Position numbers and translations under genes: made by a program. The notes under the pieces were generated by a model. The model did no database searches, was not told the origin of the DNA, and saw only the letters and a list, made by a program, of their open reading frames with translations. A stretch of 63,783 bases of DNA, the filler included. It is 7 parts of 7 records of this genome, joined end to end, with 100 filler letters (N's around TTAATTAATTAA, not from the genome) between each part and the next. Parts side by side here need not be neighbours in the genome. Positions count along the whole stretch, not along the records: positions 40,535 to 50,830 come from SRR31156797_20930; 6 more parts are not named here. One strand, given 5' to 3'. Of the stretch, positions 40,535 through 50,830 are shown in pieces. Each line of letters opens with the position of its first letter. Position 1 is the stretch's first letter.

Positions 40535-40813
40535 ATATTTTTCGGCCCCTTCTTTCATCATTTCAGGAATATCGAGACGGATGTGCAATCCCTTGTTTAG
40601 AAAATACGGAATAACAACGACTTCCGTCGCCCCATTTTTTACACACTTGTCAAGTGTTTCCGGATAATGGGGTCCTATCCGTGACATCTGACAAACCTCC
40701 ACCATTTCGAGATGATAGTTTTCTTTCAACAGAATTGCCACTTTTTTCATATCCTTCCCTGCTTCCGGTACCCGGCTACCGTGCCCCAGGATAATGACCG
40801 CCCTCATTTTCAA
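40535..40813 (-). CDS. cbiX: Sirohydrochlorin cobaltochelatase CbiX (3' truncated)
   Basis: ILGHGSR, PYFLNKGLHIRLDIP. Confidence 0.85.
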
Positions 40814-40899
40814 CCTCCTTAATGCAACCTAATGGATGGCGCGCGGGAAAAACGGCGACACAGGCCCGCTCCCCCGCCATGTGCCGTTTTCCATGGAAA

Positions 40900-41610
40900 T
40901 TACGTTCTTTTGCTGATAATCAAATGCGACATGTAATGGGGTGGGGTATTGTCGCGATCCTTCAGGTTCTCCACAATTTCTTCCCCCGCAAGCCCGCATC
41001 GGGAGACCAGAACGGCATTCGCGGTCAATTCAAGCTCATTTAACGTATCAAGGATCTCCTTGTAATTTCGGTAAACCTTGAGCATCACCACATTGTCCGT
41101 TTGATCAACAACCTGTTTCAGGCTATCGCCCCCTTGGATTCCGGTAATGAGGGCAAGGGTTTCATCCCCTTCAACCAGAACCCGACCCACGGCGGCGGCA
41201 CCGGCCTGGTAAGATGTGATGCCCGGAACCACCTGTATGGGGATATCCGGATGACTCTTCCGGACGGTTTCCAGGATGTACCCGAAGGTGCTGTAGATCA
41301 GGGGGTCCCCCAGGGTAATGAAAGCCGCGTCTCTTCCGTCCTTGAGGCTCTCCACCACCTTCCGGCCATTTTCCGCCCATGCGTCGCCGAGCCGCTTCTT
41401 ATCCCGGGTCATGGGAAAGCCCAGATGCTCAACGGGGGTACCGTCTTTTAGGAAAGGCGATGCGATTTCCACGGCCAGCGAGTAGTTGTTCCCGCTGGAG
41501 GCCGCCGCAAACACAACCGCCACACGACCCAGCGCCCTTATGGCCTTCAGCGTAACCAGTTCCGGGTCTCCCGGCCCAACGCCTATACCGTACAGCGTTC
41601 CGTATTTCAT
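40900..41610 (-). CDS. cbiL: Cobalt-precorrin-2 C20-methyltransferase
   Basis: YGIGVGPGDPELVTLKA, FPMTRD, TLGDPLIYSTF. Confidence 0.9.
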   Translation of the reverse strand: MKYGTLYGIGVGPGDPELVTLKAIRALGRVAVVFAAASSGNNYSLAVEIASPFLKDGTPVEHLGFPMTRDKKRLGDAWAENGRKVVESLKDGRDAAFITLGDPLIYSTFGYILETVRKSHPDIPIQVVPGITSYQAGAAAVGRVLVEGDETLALITGIQGGDSLKQVVDQTDNVVMLKVYRNYKEILDTLNELELTANAVLVSRCGLAGEEIVENLKDRDNTPPHYMSHLIISKRT

Positions 41611-41647
41611 ACTTGACCTCCCTGTAATCTCGGTCCCTTGTCATTGG

Positions 41648-42493
41648 TCATATTTTCTCTCCATACTTTTCAAGATATCCTCGGGGCGTCACCATTTTAC
41701 CGTCGATAAGGCGGGTTTTGGAATTTCCCACCAGAACAATGGAAAGCATATCGACGGCGGACGCATCAATTTGAGAAAGGGTCGTAATGTGAACCGACTC
41801 CTTGTCTCTGGACGCATTCCTCACAATCCCCACAGGGGTATCGCCACTCCGGTACTTCAAAATGACTTCTCTCACACTGCTCAGTTGCCAATCCCGCTTC
41901 TTGGATTTCGGATTGTAGATGACCAGTACAAAATCGGTCCTTGCCGCCGCCTCAACCCTGTTTTCGATTTCGTCCCAGGGGGTCATGAGGTCGCTCAGAC
42001 TAACCACGGCAAAATCGTGCATCAGCGGGGCGCCCAAGAGGGCAGCGGCGGCTGAAAGGGCGGAAATGCCCGGTATGATCTCCACTTCCACCTTATCGAA
42101 AAGGTTTTGATCCTCCAGAAGTTCAAGGACCAGGCCGGCCATGCCGTAAATGCCGCTGTCTCCGCTGCTGACAATGGCCGTCTCTTTCCCCCCAAGGGCG
42201 TGATCAATGGCAATGCGGCAGCGCCGGATCTCCCCCGTCATTCCCGAGGAGACGGTCTCTTTTCCATCGATAATCTCTGGTTCAATCAAATCCAAGTAGG
42301 TCTTATAACCCACAATGACTTCCGCGTTTAAAAGGGCGGCTTTTGCCGCCGGCGCCAGATAATCGAATTTACCCGGACCGAGGCTGACGACACTCAGCTT
42401 TCCAGGGCCACCGCCAGGGTTGCGTTTCGGCTCTTGGTCTTGGGGACCAGGAGCCTTCCTTTTCCCGATTTCAGAAGGGCCGTTGCCTCGCAT
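41648..42493 (-). CDS. cbiH: Cobalt-precorrin-3B C17-methyltransferase; start uncertain
   Basis: SLGPG, SSGDSGIYGMA, GAPLMHDF..SLSDL, YNPKS, MVTPRGY. Confidence 0.9.
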   Translation of the reverse strand: MRGNGPSEIGKRKAPGPQDQEPKRNPGGGPGKLSVVSLGPGKFDYLAPAAKAALLNAEVIVGYKTYLDLIEPEIIDGKETVSSGMTGEIRRCRIAIDHALGGKETAIVSSGDSGIYGMAGLVLELLEDQNLFDKVEVEIIPGISALSAAAALLGAPLMHDFAVVSLSDLMTPWDEIENRVEAAARTDFVLVIYNPKSKKRDWQLSSVREVILKYRSGDTPVGIVRNASRDKESVHITTLSQIDASAVDMLSIVLVGNSKTRLIDGKMVTPRGYLEKYGEKI

Positions 42494-43428
42494 ACGCTTG
42501 ATACTCCCATATGTTTTTTGACCACACTTGAGGGGTGCGGCGTTTTGACGGATTCCAGTTCGGTTTTTCCAAAAAATATCAGTGCCACACTTAGTTTTTC
42601 CGCAGCATCCAGCAGACCCTGCTCGTCTCTTTTTGCGTCTATGGTGGTCAGGCACTTGAGGCTTTTAAGGGAAAGCCCTTGTTGTTGGAAAGTGTTATGA
42701 ATCAAATTCAGAATTTCCCCCGCTTTTGTTCCCCGATTACAGCCCATACCGGCAACAAGGCACCTGGGGTGGAGAATCAGCCGATCCATTTCATGATCCG
42801 CCTTGGTGCCCTTCCAGGTTACCCACACGCCCGGATGCGCCTTGATCCATTGCGCTTCATTATCGATCATGGCAAATATCGTCTCTTCCCGTTGCTTTAA
42901 GCCGAGTCGATCTTCAGGGTCAAATACCTGCACCGGTTTCCCCTCAAGCAGTGCCATGTTTACGGATTTCACACCCTTCAGGTTGCCGATGCATAAATCC
43001 CTATCCTTTGCAAGAACATCAATGGCGGGAAAGCCGGCCGTATCCGTGGCCGTTGTAATCACGGCACGCCCCCCGGTCAACCGCGCAACCTTGCGGGCCA
43101 GTCCGTTTGCGCCGCCCAAATGTCCCGAAACAAGGCTGATGACATATTCACCCTCCTGGTCAAGCACAATCACGGCAGGGTCCCTATCCTTGCCCTTCAA
43201 GTGGGGGGCAACGGCCCTGACCGCAATGCCCGCCGCCGTAATAAAGATTTGCCGGGGGTATTGAAAAAAGCTATTTGTCACCCGCTCCAACAAACCATCA
43301 AACGCGACGGCACCATGGAGTGCTGCAAGGCGACCGGGCAAAAAGAGGTCGCCGTTCAATTTATCCGCCAAAGTCCGTCCCAAACGGGCGCCCCGGGGCG
43401 TCAGGGCATAGATGGCTGTCTTTTTCAC
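42394..43428 (-). CDS. cbiG: Cobalt-precorrin-5A hydrolase
   Basis: GIAVR, DPAVIV, SGHLGGAN, ITTATD, GMGCNRG, SVCEA. Confidence 0.92.
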   Translation of the reverse strand: MKKTAIYALTPRGARLGRTLADKLNGDLFLPGRLAALHGAVAFDGLLERVTNSFFQYPRQIFITAAGIAVRAVAPHLKGKDRDPAVIVLDQEGEYVISLVSGHLGGANGLARKVARLTGGRAVITTATDTAGFPAIDVLAKDRDLCIGNLKGVKSVNMALLEGKPVQVFDPEDRLGLKQREETIFAMIDNEAQWIKAHPGVWVTWKGTKADHEMDRLILHPRCLVAGMGCNRGTKAGEILNLIHNTFQQQGLSLKSLKCLTTIDAKRDEQGLLDAAEKLSVALIFFGKTELESVKTPHPSSVVKKHMGVSSVCEATALLKSGKGRLLVPKTKSRNATLAVALES

Positions 43429-43435
43429 AACTCCC

Positions 43436-44215
43436 TCATCCCTTTGCACAACGACTCCTGAAGCCGTGTGCAAATTCCGGGCTATAGAGTCTGGACAATA
43501 TGGGGTCGTCATCCTGTCCCGGAAGGATCAAAAAAACGGCCTGTTTTTTGATGCCCGCGTTGTGTACCGTCTCACAGAGCGCCGACAAATGAGTGGCCAT
43601 GATCCGTTCATCGGGCCATCCCACCCTATACGCCACCACAACGGGCGTATCTTCGGCATACCCCCCCGCAAGAAGTTCTTCCACCACACCTTCGGGATTT
43701 GCCGACGACAGGTAAAGGGCGAGGGACGTATTGTGCCGGGCCAGGTCCCGCAATTGTTCCCGGTCGGGAACCGGCGTACGGCCCGCCAACCGGGTCAAAA
43801 TAAGGGTCTGGGCCTTTTCAGGCAGGGTGAATGAGACCTTGGCGGCGGCTGCCGCGGCGAATGCAACCGTAACGCCCGGAATAATTTCGTAGGAAACATG
43901 GTCCAGGTCAAGGAGAACCATTTGCTCCTTGATGGCACCGTAAAGGGACGGATCGCCCGTATGGACCCGGGCCACCGTGCCGCCGGACCGGGCGGTTTCA
44001 AGGATCTTTGAATGGGTCTCCTTAAGGGTCATGGATGAGGAATCAACAACCTCCGCACCATTTTTGGCATGGGCCACCGTCTCCACGGGCACAAGGGAAC
44101 CCGCGTAGAGAACCAGATCCGCCTCTTGTATGCACCGATGTCCCTTGACGGTAATCAGTTCAGGGTCGCCCGGACCCGCTCCAATAAAATAAACCTGACT
44201 TTTTTTTCTTTTCAT
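43436..44215 (-). CDS. cbiF: Cobalt-precorrin-4 C11-methyltransferase
   Basis: FIGAGPGDPELITVKG, YAGSLV, HTGDPSLYGAIKEQ, SRLYSPEFAHGFR. Confidence 0.93.
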   Translation of the reverse strand: MKRKKSQVYFIGAGPGDPELITVKGHRCIQEADLVLYAGSLVPVETVAHAKNGAEVVDSSSMTLKETHSKILETARSGGTVARVHTGDPSLYGAIKEQMVLLDLDHVSYEIIPGVTVAFAAAAAAKVSFTLPEKAQTLILTRLAGRTPVPDREQLRDLARHNTSLALYLSSANPEGVVEELLAGGYAEDTPVVVAYRVGWPDERIMATHLSALCETVHNAGIKKQAVFLILPGQDDDPILSRLYSPEFAHGFRSRCAKG

Positions 44216-44250
44216 AACGTAATCCTCATGACCAAAACGCCGCCCCGGGT

Positions 44251-45465
44251 TTACAAATGTTGGGAGGCGCTCAGGATATGGACCGGATTGAGCGCCGCCA
44301 ATCGTTGATCCCCCGCGATGCCCTTTGATCTGGAAACCTGAACCTGGGTAATTGAAAACGCCCATTTCCGTTCCCTGAAATAGCCAGCGGCCCGTGCCAG
44401 GCTCCCCATAAGCACCAGGTTCAGCACAATTTTGCCGCCGGGTTTGAGCCGTCGACATGCTTCTTCCAACACCCTGTTATCTTTTCCAACCCCCCCTCCC
44501 ATGAAAACCCGGTCGGGATCGGGAAGCGATTCCAGACATCCCGGCATCTCACCCCGTATGACATCAACACCGTAGGCGCCCGTTCGTCTGACATTCGCTC
44601 TTATAAGCCGAACCCTTTCAGGATCTTTCTCAATTGCCATGACATTCCCTTCATATGCCAGAAAGGACGATTCAATGGCAACGGAGCCACACCCCGCGCC
44701 CAAATCCCATACGGTGTGGGTCGGCTCAATCCCAAGGGCTGAAAGAGCCACGGCCCGAATTTCTTGTTTTGTGATCAAACCCTTTTGATGCAAATAGAGA
44801 TCATCATCCAGACCGAGGGCAAGGGGGATCTCCGTTTTTTGGGTGCGATCCAGGATAATGAAATTGAGGGGAGAAAACGATTCTCCCGCGGCCTCCTTCA
44901 GGTCAAAGCATCCCGTTTTTTCGGAATCGGTGCCCAGGTCTTCGAACACATGCATACGGAAGGTATCCACACCCCTCCGGAGGAGTTCATCCGCCACTTT
45001 TGCCGGATGAAAATCAGGGTCCGTAAATACCCCTACCCGGTCGTTTCTCACAAGGGCCCGAAAGAGCGGCTGCATCTCCCCCCGGCCGTGGAGGGAAACG
45101 GTCTTTATATTGTGCCAGGGGATCTTGGCTCCGGCTGCCGCCGCTTGAAGCGTGGTGACATTGGGATAAATGATGACCGATTCCTTACCGAAGGCATGGA
45201 TCAATCGTCCTCCGATCCCGAAGAACCCCGGATCACCTTCCGCCAGCACGATCACTTCCCCGTGTAATTTCAGCTCCCCGGCGATTTTGGCGATCACATC
45301 CCCGAGGGGGCTTCTAATGGGGATCTTAACACCCGGATGATCCGGAAACCGGGCAAGGAGGCGCTCCCCCCCCACAAGAACCTCGGCGGCGTCAACACGT
45401 TTTAAGATCATGGGATTTAAATCCCTGTGATCAACTCCCAATCCTACCACATGAATCTTATGCAT
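44251..45465 (-). CDS. cbiET: Bifunctional CbiE/CbiT C5,C15-methyltransferase (CobL-type fusion)
   Basis: GDPGFFGIG, VSLHGR, ITKQEIRA, WDLGAGCGSV. Confidence 0.9.
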   Translation of the reverse strand: MHKIHVVGLGVDHRDLNPMILKRVDAAEVLVGGERLLARFPDHPGVKIPIRSPLGDVIAKIAGELKLHGEVIVLAEGDPGFFGIGGRLIHAFGKESVIIYPNVTTLQAAAAGAKIPWHNIKTVSLHGRGEMQPLFRALVRNDRVGVFTDPDFHPAKVADELLRRGVDTFRMHVFEDLGTDSEKTGCFDLKEAAGESFSPLNFIILDRTQKTEIPLALGLDDDLYLHQKGLITKQEIRAVALSALGIEPTHTVWDLGAGCGSVAIESSFLAYEGNVMAIEKDPERVRLIRANVRRTGAYGVDVIRGEMPGCLESLPDPDRVFMGGGVGKDNRVLEEACRRLKPGGKIVLNLVLMGSLARAAGYFRERKWAFSITQVQVSRSKGIAGDQRLAALNPVHILSASQHL

Positions 45466-45477
45466 GTTCTGCTCCGG

Positions 45478-46611
45478 CTAATGCGCTGGGCGGTCTGGGG
45501 AACAAGATCCGCCAACGGACTTGGACGTCAGTAAACCGCCCTCAAAATCAAAAAGATAATAGGTGATCTTCGGCAAAGGCCCCGCAAACCCGCGGGCCGA
45601 AACCAGCGCTCTATTTACGATTTCATTGAGTATCCCATTCCCATGGGGGTCTCCAAGGATAAACCCCAATGCTTCGCGTGCCGTATTGGATTTTACCACA
45701 CTTTTTGATGACTCATTTTTCATCCCCAGCGACAAACACCACCGGGCGAGCAAATCGAAGTCTATCTCGCATTTTCGGGCATGGGTGTAGGGATGGCCCT
45801 GGGCCATCTTGACCAGCTTACCGAAAAAACAGGTATAGAGGATATCAACGAATCCCTTTCCGGCGGCTTTTTTTAAAGAAAATGAGAAAAAGTCGGCCAC
45901 TTGAACGAAAGCGATCTCCGGAAGGGACGGCATTCTTTCTTTCAAAAAGCGCTCGCTCCTGCCGCCCGTTGTGAGTGCAATGGTTGAGATCCCCGCAACT
46001 TTTGCCACGTCCATGGACATGGTGATGGTATCTTTGTATGCCTTGTTGGAAAAGGGTTTGACCGTCCCCCGTGTTCCCAGAATGGAAATTCCGCCGAGGA
46101 TGCCGAGGCGGGGATTCAGGGTCTTTTGAGCGATCTTTTCCCCGTTCACCGCCTCGATGGTTACGGAAACGGAACCCGCAAGGCCGGTTTCCTTCAGCCC
46201 CTCCAAGACAGCCGTTCTGATCTGCCGCCGTGGTGCGGGGTTTATGGCGCTCTCTCCCGCGGGGACGGGAAGGCCGGGCCTGGTTACCTTTCCCACCCCC
46301 TTCCCGCCCAAAATCGTCACATGGGACGGATCCCCTTCTGCGAAAAGACGCACGAAACTTTTGATCCGGATCTTGTGGGTGGCATCGGGATCATCTCCGC
46401 CGTCCTTGATGACCGTAACGACGCAACCGTCTCCATGGACGGCCGCTTCGGCGATGGGAACGGTAAGCCTGCCGTCCATGGGAAGGGGGATATCGATTTT
46501 GCCCGCCGTCGCCCGGCCCGCCAGGAAAAGAACCCCCGCCTTGGCCCCCGCGGCCGCCGCCGATCCCGTTGTAAAGCCGTAACGGAGTGGTTTTTTAGCC
46601 ATGATTTTCAA
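45478..46611 (-). CDS. cbiD: Cobalt-precorrin-5B C1-methyltransferase
   Basis: LRYGFTTGSAAAA, KDGGDDPDATH, AINPAP, NPRLGILGGISILGT. Confidence 0.95.
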   Translation of the reverse strand: MKIMAKKPLRYGFTTGSAAAAGAKAGVLFLAGRATAGKIDIPLPMDGRLTVPIAEAAVHGDGCVVTVIKDGGDDPDATHKIRIKSFVRLFAEGDPSHVTILGGKGVGKVTRPGLPVPAGESAINPAPRRQIRTAVLEGLKETGLAGSVSVTIEAVNGEKIAQKTLNPRLGILGGISILGTRGTVKPFSNKAYKDTITMSMDVAKVAGISTIALTTGGRSERFLKERMPSLPEIAFVQVADFFSFSLKKAAGKGFVDILYTCFFGKLVKMAQGHPYTHARKCEIDFDLLARWCLSLGMKNESSKSVVKSNTAREALGFILGDPHGNGILNEIVNRALVSARGFAGPLPKITYYLFDFEGGLLTSKSVGGSCSPDRPAH

Positions 46612-46626
46612 CCGTCTCCCGATTCA

Positions 46627-47283
46627 CTACGATACCTTGCCGGCGCCCAGGGCAATCTCAGCCAACTGGTTGACCACCGTTGCCGCCAGGGCAGAGCCTC
46701 CTTTTCTCCCTTCAATGGTGATATAGGGCACCTGGATCTGTTCCATGAGGAGTGCTTTGGACTCGCTGGCATTCACAAATCCCACCGGCATACCGATGAT
46801 GAGCGCCGGATGGCACTTCCCCTTTTCAATCCACTCCAAAAGCCGCAACAGCGCCGTAGGGGCATTCCCCACCACGTATACGGCCCCCTCCAACCGGGGA
46901 AGGGCATGGTCCACGGCGGCGGATGCCCTGGTGGTTTTTTCCTTCTGCGCCTTCTCTTTTACCTCCGCAATGCCCATGTAGCACTCCACCCTGCAACCCA
47001 GCCGGTCCATGCGCTTTCGCGTAATCCCCATACGGGCCATCTCCGTGTCGGTCACGATCAGGCACCCCCCCATGAGCGCTTCCACGCCTTTATCGACGGC
47101 ATGATTATGGAACCTCGCCAGGGAGAGGAGTTGGAAGTCGGCCGTGGTATGAATCATCCGCCTGACAACCAACCACTCGTTTCCCGAAAAAACCCTCGGC
47201 TCGGGAACCTCCGATTCTATAATTTCAAAAGATCGCACTTCTATCTTTTCCGGTTCGATGCGTGTAATACTGTTTTTCATCAT
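46627..47283 (-). CDS. cbiC: Cobalt-precorrin-8 methylmutase
   Basis: RRMIHTTADF, GNAPTAL, PVGFVNASESK, GRKGGS. Confidence 0.94.
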   Translation of the reverse strand: MMKNSITRIEPEKIEVRSFEIIESEVPEPRVFSGNEWLVVRRMIHTTADFQLLSLARFHNHAVDKGVEALMGGCLIVTDTEMARMGITRKRMDRLGCRVECYMGIAEVKEKAQKEKTTRASAAVDHALPRLEGAVYVVGNAPTALLRLLEWIEKGKCHPALIIGMPVGFVNASESKALLMEQIQVPYITIEGRKGGSALAATVVNQLAEIALGAGKVS

Positions 47284-47331
47284 GTCTCCACCCGTTTATT
47301 CCCCAGCGTTCCGACCCATGCGCGTTGAGCC

Positions 47332-48735
47332 CTACCCGTATCGGCGACAATACTCCACGAAGTCTTTCGCCACTTTCAAATTCGAACCCCAGTGCAGGTG
47401 CACATAGGAGCCCAAAACCCTGTTTAGAACAAAACCCTCCTTGCGGTTGGAATCGGCTTTCCGGTCCGTCATTTCGTAAAGGCATTCAACATTGTTCCCT
47501 GTTTCCCCGATCATGGAATAATGGAATTCATGCCCCCGGACCATGGTGTTCATGGGCCCGAGGATGCTCTCTTTTCGGGTGATAATGCTACGATACCCCA
47601 GGGCCCTAAACCGGGATTCCATCTTGGCCCTCATGGGGAAAAGACCCACCATGGGAAAGGTCCGTCCACCGGGGGCCCGGATCTCCTTCATCAGGTACAT
47701 GAAGCCGCCGCACTCTGCGTATATGGGCCTTCCACCCAAACCCCATTCCCTTATTTCCGCCAATAGTCCCCGGTTTTCCGATAGGGCATCACAATGAAGT
47801 TCCGGATACCCCCCCCCCAGGATCAACCCTTTGATCCCCTCGGGGAGATGTGTTTCACGCAAGGGAGAGAAGGGGATCAGATGGGCCCCGGCCTCGCGTA
47901 AAAGACGCAGGTTTTCGGAATAGTAAAAGCAGAATGCCTCGTCTTTTGCGATAGCGATACGGATGGGGGGCTCCCCCGCCACGTCTTCGTAGGAGCCGTT
48001 TTCCGGCTTTACGGGGGCACCGGGGAGGGATCGAAGAAGCTGATCCAGATCCATGTGGTCTTCAATCCAAGCAGCAAGGGTTTCCTCATGCGCTTCACCG
48101 GGCCTGAAATCATCCTCCGTGACAAGACCCAGATGCCGGGAAGGTATTCCGAGAACCTCATCCCGGGGCAGGCATCCGAACACCGGCAGGTCCAAAACGT
48201 CCTTTACGGCATCAAACAGTATTTTCCCATGGGACTCGCTCCCCACCCGGTTGAAGATGATGCCCCCCATGGGAAGGGATGGGTCAAATTTAGAGAACCC
48301 GAGGGCAACGGCGGCCGCCGATCGCGCCATGGATCGGGCATCTATGACCAGCATGACGGGAAGGCCCAGCCATTTTGCCATCTGGGCGGTGGACCCTGCC
48401 TCGCCGGTACTCGAAAAGCCGTCGTACAACCCCATGACACCCTCGACCACGGCCACATCCGCCCCCCGGCAATACCGATCAAAAATTTGCCGGTTGGCCC
48501 CGCGGCTCATGATCCACCCATCCAGATTATGGGAATCCCTTCCCGTAATCCGGCGGTGATGGCCCGGGTCGATGAAATCCGGCCCGACCTTGAAGGGCTG
48601 CACCCTGTATCCCCGTTTGACGAGCGCCGCCATGATCCCCAGGGAAACCGTGGTCTTTCCACTACCGCTGTGGGTGCCAGCGATAACAAAGGCCGGGATT
48701 TTCCGGTTTGATATCATGGGAATTTCAGCCTCCAT
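47332..48735 (-). CDS. cbiA: Cobyrinate a,c-diamide synthase
   Basis: SGSGKTT, FKVGPDFIDP, EGVMGLYDG, PSRHLGL, YAECGG, GHEFHYS. Confidence 0.95.
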   Translation of the reverse strand: MEAEIPMISNRKIPAFVIAGTHSGSGKTTVSLGIMAALVKRGYRVQPFKVGPDFIDPGHHRRITGRDSHNLDGWIMSRGANRQIFDRYCRGADVAVVEGVMGLYDGFSSTGEAGSTAQMAKWLGLPVMLVIDARSMARSAAAVALGFSKFDPSLPMGGIIFNRVGSESHGKILFDAVKDVLDLPVFGCLPRDEVLGIPSRHLGLVTEDDFRPGEAHEETLAAWIEDHMDLDQLLRSLPGAPVKPENGSYEDVAGEPPIRIAIAKDEAFCFYYSENLRLLREAGAHLIPFSPLRETHLPEGIKGLILGGGYPELHCDALSENRGLLAEIREWGLGGRPIYAECGGFMYLMKEIRAPGGRTFPMVGLFPMRAKMESRFRALGYRSIITRKESILGPMNTMVRGHEFHYSMIGETGNNVECLYEMTDRKADSNRKEGFVLNRVLGSYVHLHWGSNLKVAKDFVEYCRRYG

Positions 48736-48769
48736 GCAGATATACCACTAATTGATCTATCCAGAATCA

Positions 48770-50677
48770 TCAAAACCTGATCTCATATCCGATTTTGAAC
48801 GTACGATCCATGCCGAAGTATAGGTACTCATTGGATGCGTCCGCCGATAAATCTCCCCAAACCTGCACCTCGGAATTGAAAATATTGCTCACGGCGGCGG
48901 TGATAAACCCTTTCCAAACCCTGTATTTGCCGTAAAAATCAAGGGTCGCGTTATTATCGAGGTTTCTTTCACGACTGGTCACGATATTGCCAATAAGGTT
49001 TAAAACCAGGTTTTCCGAAAGATAGTTTGCACCCAGGGATGTGGTGAACTTGGGTCCTGTTTGATACTCTACGCCGTAGGGGTCCTCCGCCGTGGGATCG
49101 GCCCAGTAACCACTCGTATAAAACGAAATGTTATTCAAAAAATCTTTCTGATTCGCAAAGGGGAAAACATCGATCTGCCACTCGACGCCCCTGGATTTAT
49201 AATTGCCGGCGTTGAAATAGACGTACGGATATCCCTCCGATCGGTCCAGCTCGATCTTGTCGGAATAATCCATATAGAAACCGGCAAACCGAATCCGTGT
49301 GTAAGGGATATTCACTTTGACGCCGGCCTCGTATGTCCACCCTTTCTCCGGTTTGAGATCGGGATTTCCCTTCATACGCCTGCTGTCATAGTAGAGATTG
49401 TTAAAGGTCGGCGCTCGAAAGGCCTTGCCCACATTGGCAAAGATGTTCAGGCTATCGGTAGCTTCAAAGTTGGCGCCGAAGGTGGGTAAAAACATGTTAT
49501 AGTCTTCGCCATCGGAATCCGCTTGAATGAACTGCTCCCTGGCCCCCACGGAAAACATCAGGCGATTGAAAAATTCTCTTTTGACTTGCGCAAACAGGCC
49601 GTAATCGTTCCGGTGGTGTTTTCCGTATTTGTTGTTGTAGTCGGCGGCCCGATGAATGTAATCCCCACCGACGGTCAATTCCGTTTCGAAAAAGTCAAAC
49701 CGATAGTCCCCTTCCAACCCATAATTGTAATTGGTGTTCTTGTCCTCCGGTTCGTCCGGGTCTGTATATTCTTCCCGGTTGATCCTGGCATAGCTGCCGA
49801 ATGCCTTAACCCGGATGGTATCCGTTTCATAGCGGATATCCGCAAACTGATTGTAATCCTCCTGATGGGTTCCCTCCATGGGCTTCTTGTTCAAGTCATA
49901 AAGTTTCTTGTAGCCTGTTTTATAATAAGATCCAAGATAATCGATATGGAAATTCTCAAAAGGGGTAATATCCAGATTCAGGGAATATTTGTTAAGGGCA
50001 TCCGTATCATATTGATATTTTTTTGAATAGCTCCGTGAAATTTCCGAAAGGTCCCCCAGGTGCTGATAATTGAATCCCGCATTGACAATGGCGCTTTGGA
50101 AACCCACATCCGCGTTGACATACTGGTAATTGCCCAATTCCACCGATGCCCGGGTGGAGGTTTGAGAAGGATTCTTTTTGGTAATGATGTTAATAACGCC
50201 ACTCATGGCATCGGCTCCATAGAGTGTGGAAGCCGCTCCCCTTAAAATCTCGACCCGTTCAATCTGCTCAATGGGAATGGCGCTCAAATCATAGCCCTGT
50301 CCCGCCACACCCTGAATGGGAGAGCCGTTGATCAGCACCAACTCCCCATCTTCAACACCTCGAATGGACAGAGTACTGTTCATGCCGCCATGGCTCATGC
50401 CCAATGGGCCAAAAGCTTTGTAAGCAAACGACCCCGTTCTTCGAAGGGCATCCACAAGGTTGTCGGCGCCGGTCTCCTTGAGTTCTTCAGAAGTATAGAC
50501 GGACACAAATCTTGAAGATTCTTTATCTTTTACCGGAAATCGTTCCGCTGTAACGTTGACGTCATCAAGAGTTGTTTCACTCTCCTTTTCCTCTGCGTTT
50601 ACGGTGCACCAGGCCAGTGTCATAACCAATCCCAAAAAAATCCCGAAGAAATTCAGCTTCAGCATACCGTTTTTCAT
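48770..50677 (-). CDS. TonB-dependent receptor, probable corrinoid/cobalt transporter (BtuB-like)
   Basis: Signal peptide, TonB-box-like DDVNVTA, plug IERVEILRGAASTLYG..GVINIIT, C-terminal F; first gene of the cbi operon. Confidence 0.82.
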   Translation of the reverse strand: MKNGMLKLNFFGIFLGLVMTLAWCTVNAEEKESETTLDDVNVTAERFPVKDKESSRFVSVYTSEELKETGADNLVDALRRTGSFAYKAFGPLGMSHGGMNSTLSIRGVEDGELVLINGSPIQGVAGQGYDLSAIPIEQIERVEILRGAASTLYGADAMSGVINIITKKNPSQTSTRASVELGNYQYVNADVGFQSAIVNAGFNYQHLGDLSEISRSYSKKYQYDTDALNKYSLNLDITPFENFHIDYLGSYYKTGYKKLYDLNKKPMEGTHQEDYNQFADIRYETDTIRVKAFGSYARINREEYTDPDEPEDKNTNYNYGLEGDYRFDFFETELTVGGDYIHRAADYNNKYGKHHRNDYGLFAQVKREFFNRLMFSVGAREQFIQADSDGEDYNMFLPTFGANFEATDSLNIFANVGKAFRAPTFNNLYYDSRRMKGNPDLKPEKGWTYEAGVKVNIPYTRIRFAGFYMDYSDKIELDRSEGYPYVYFNAGNYKSRGVEWQIDVFPFANQKDFLNNISFYTSGYWADPTAEDPYGVEYQTGPKFTTSLGANYLSENLVLNLIGNIVTSRERNLDNNATLDFYGKYRVWKGFITAAVSNIFNSEVQVWGDLSADASNEYLYFGMDRTFKIGYEIRF

Positions 50678-50783
50678 TATCCGCTTCTCCTCCTTTTTCC
50701 ATCCTTAGAATTGCCGCCGGAATAGAGGGATGCATTTCGATCCCATCCCTTTCCCGGCCCCTTGGAGTGTAACGCGGCCCGCC

Positions 50784-50822
50784 AAAAAAAATCCCCGGAC
50801 TGAAAAAAATCAATCCGGGGAT
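50784..50822 (-). terminator. Leader terminator upstream of the btuB-like gene; probable riboswitch expression platform
   Basis: Minus strand ATCCCCGGATTGA-N6-TCAGTCCGGGGAT followed by a T-run, about 107 nt before the start codon. Confidence 0.7.
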
Positions 50823-50830
50823 ATCCCTTT

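Noticed and set aside
46126-47328. 400-aa plus-strand ORF
   Set aside because: Antisense shadow of cbiD/cbiC in GC-rich DNA; no recognisable motifs.
32766-50830. Functional link between the LuxPQ operon and the cobalamin operon
   Set aside because: They are separated by an artificial spacer and lie on different contigs, probably from different organisms.
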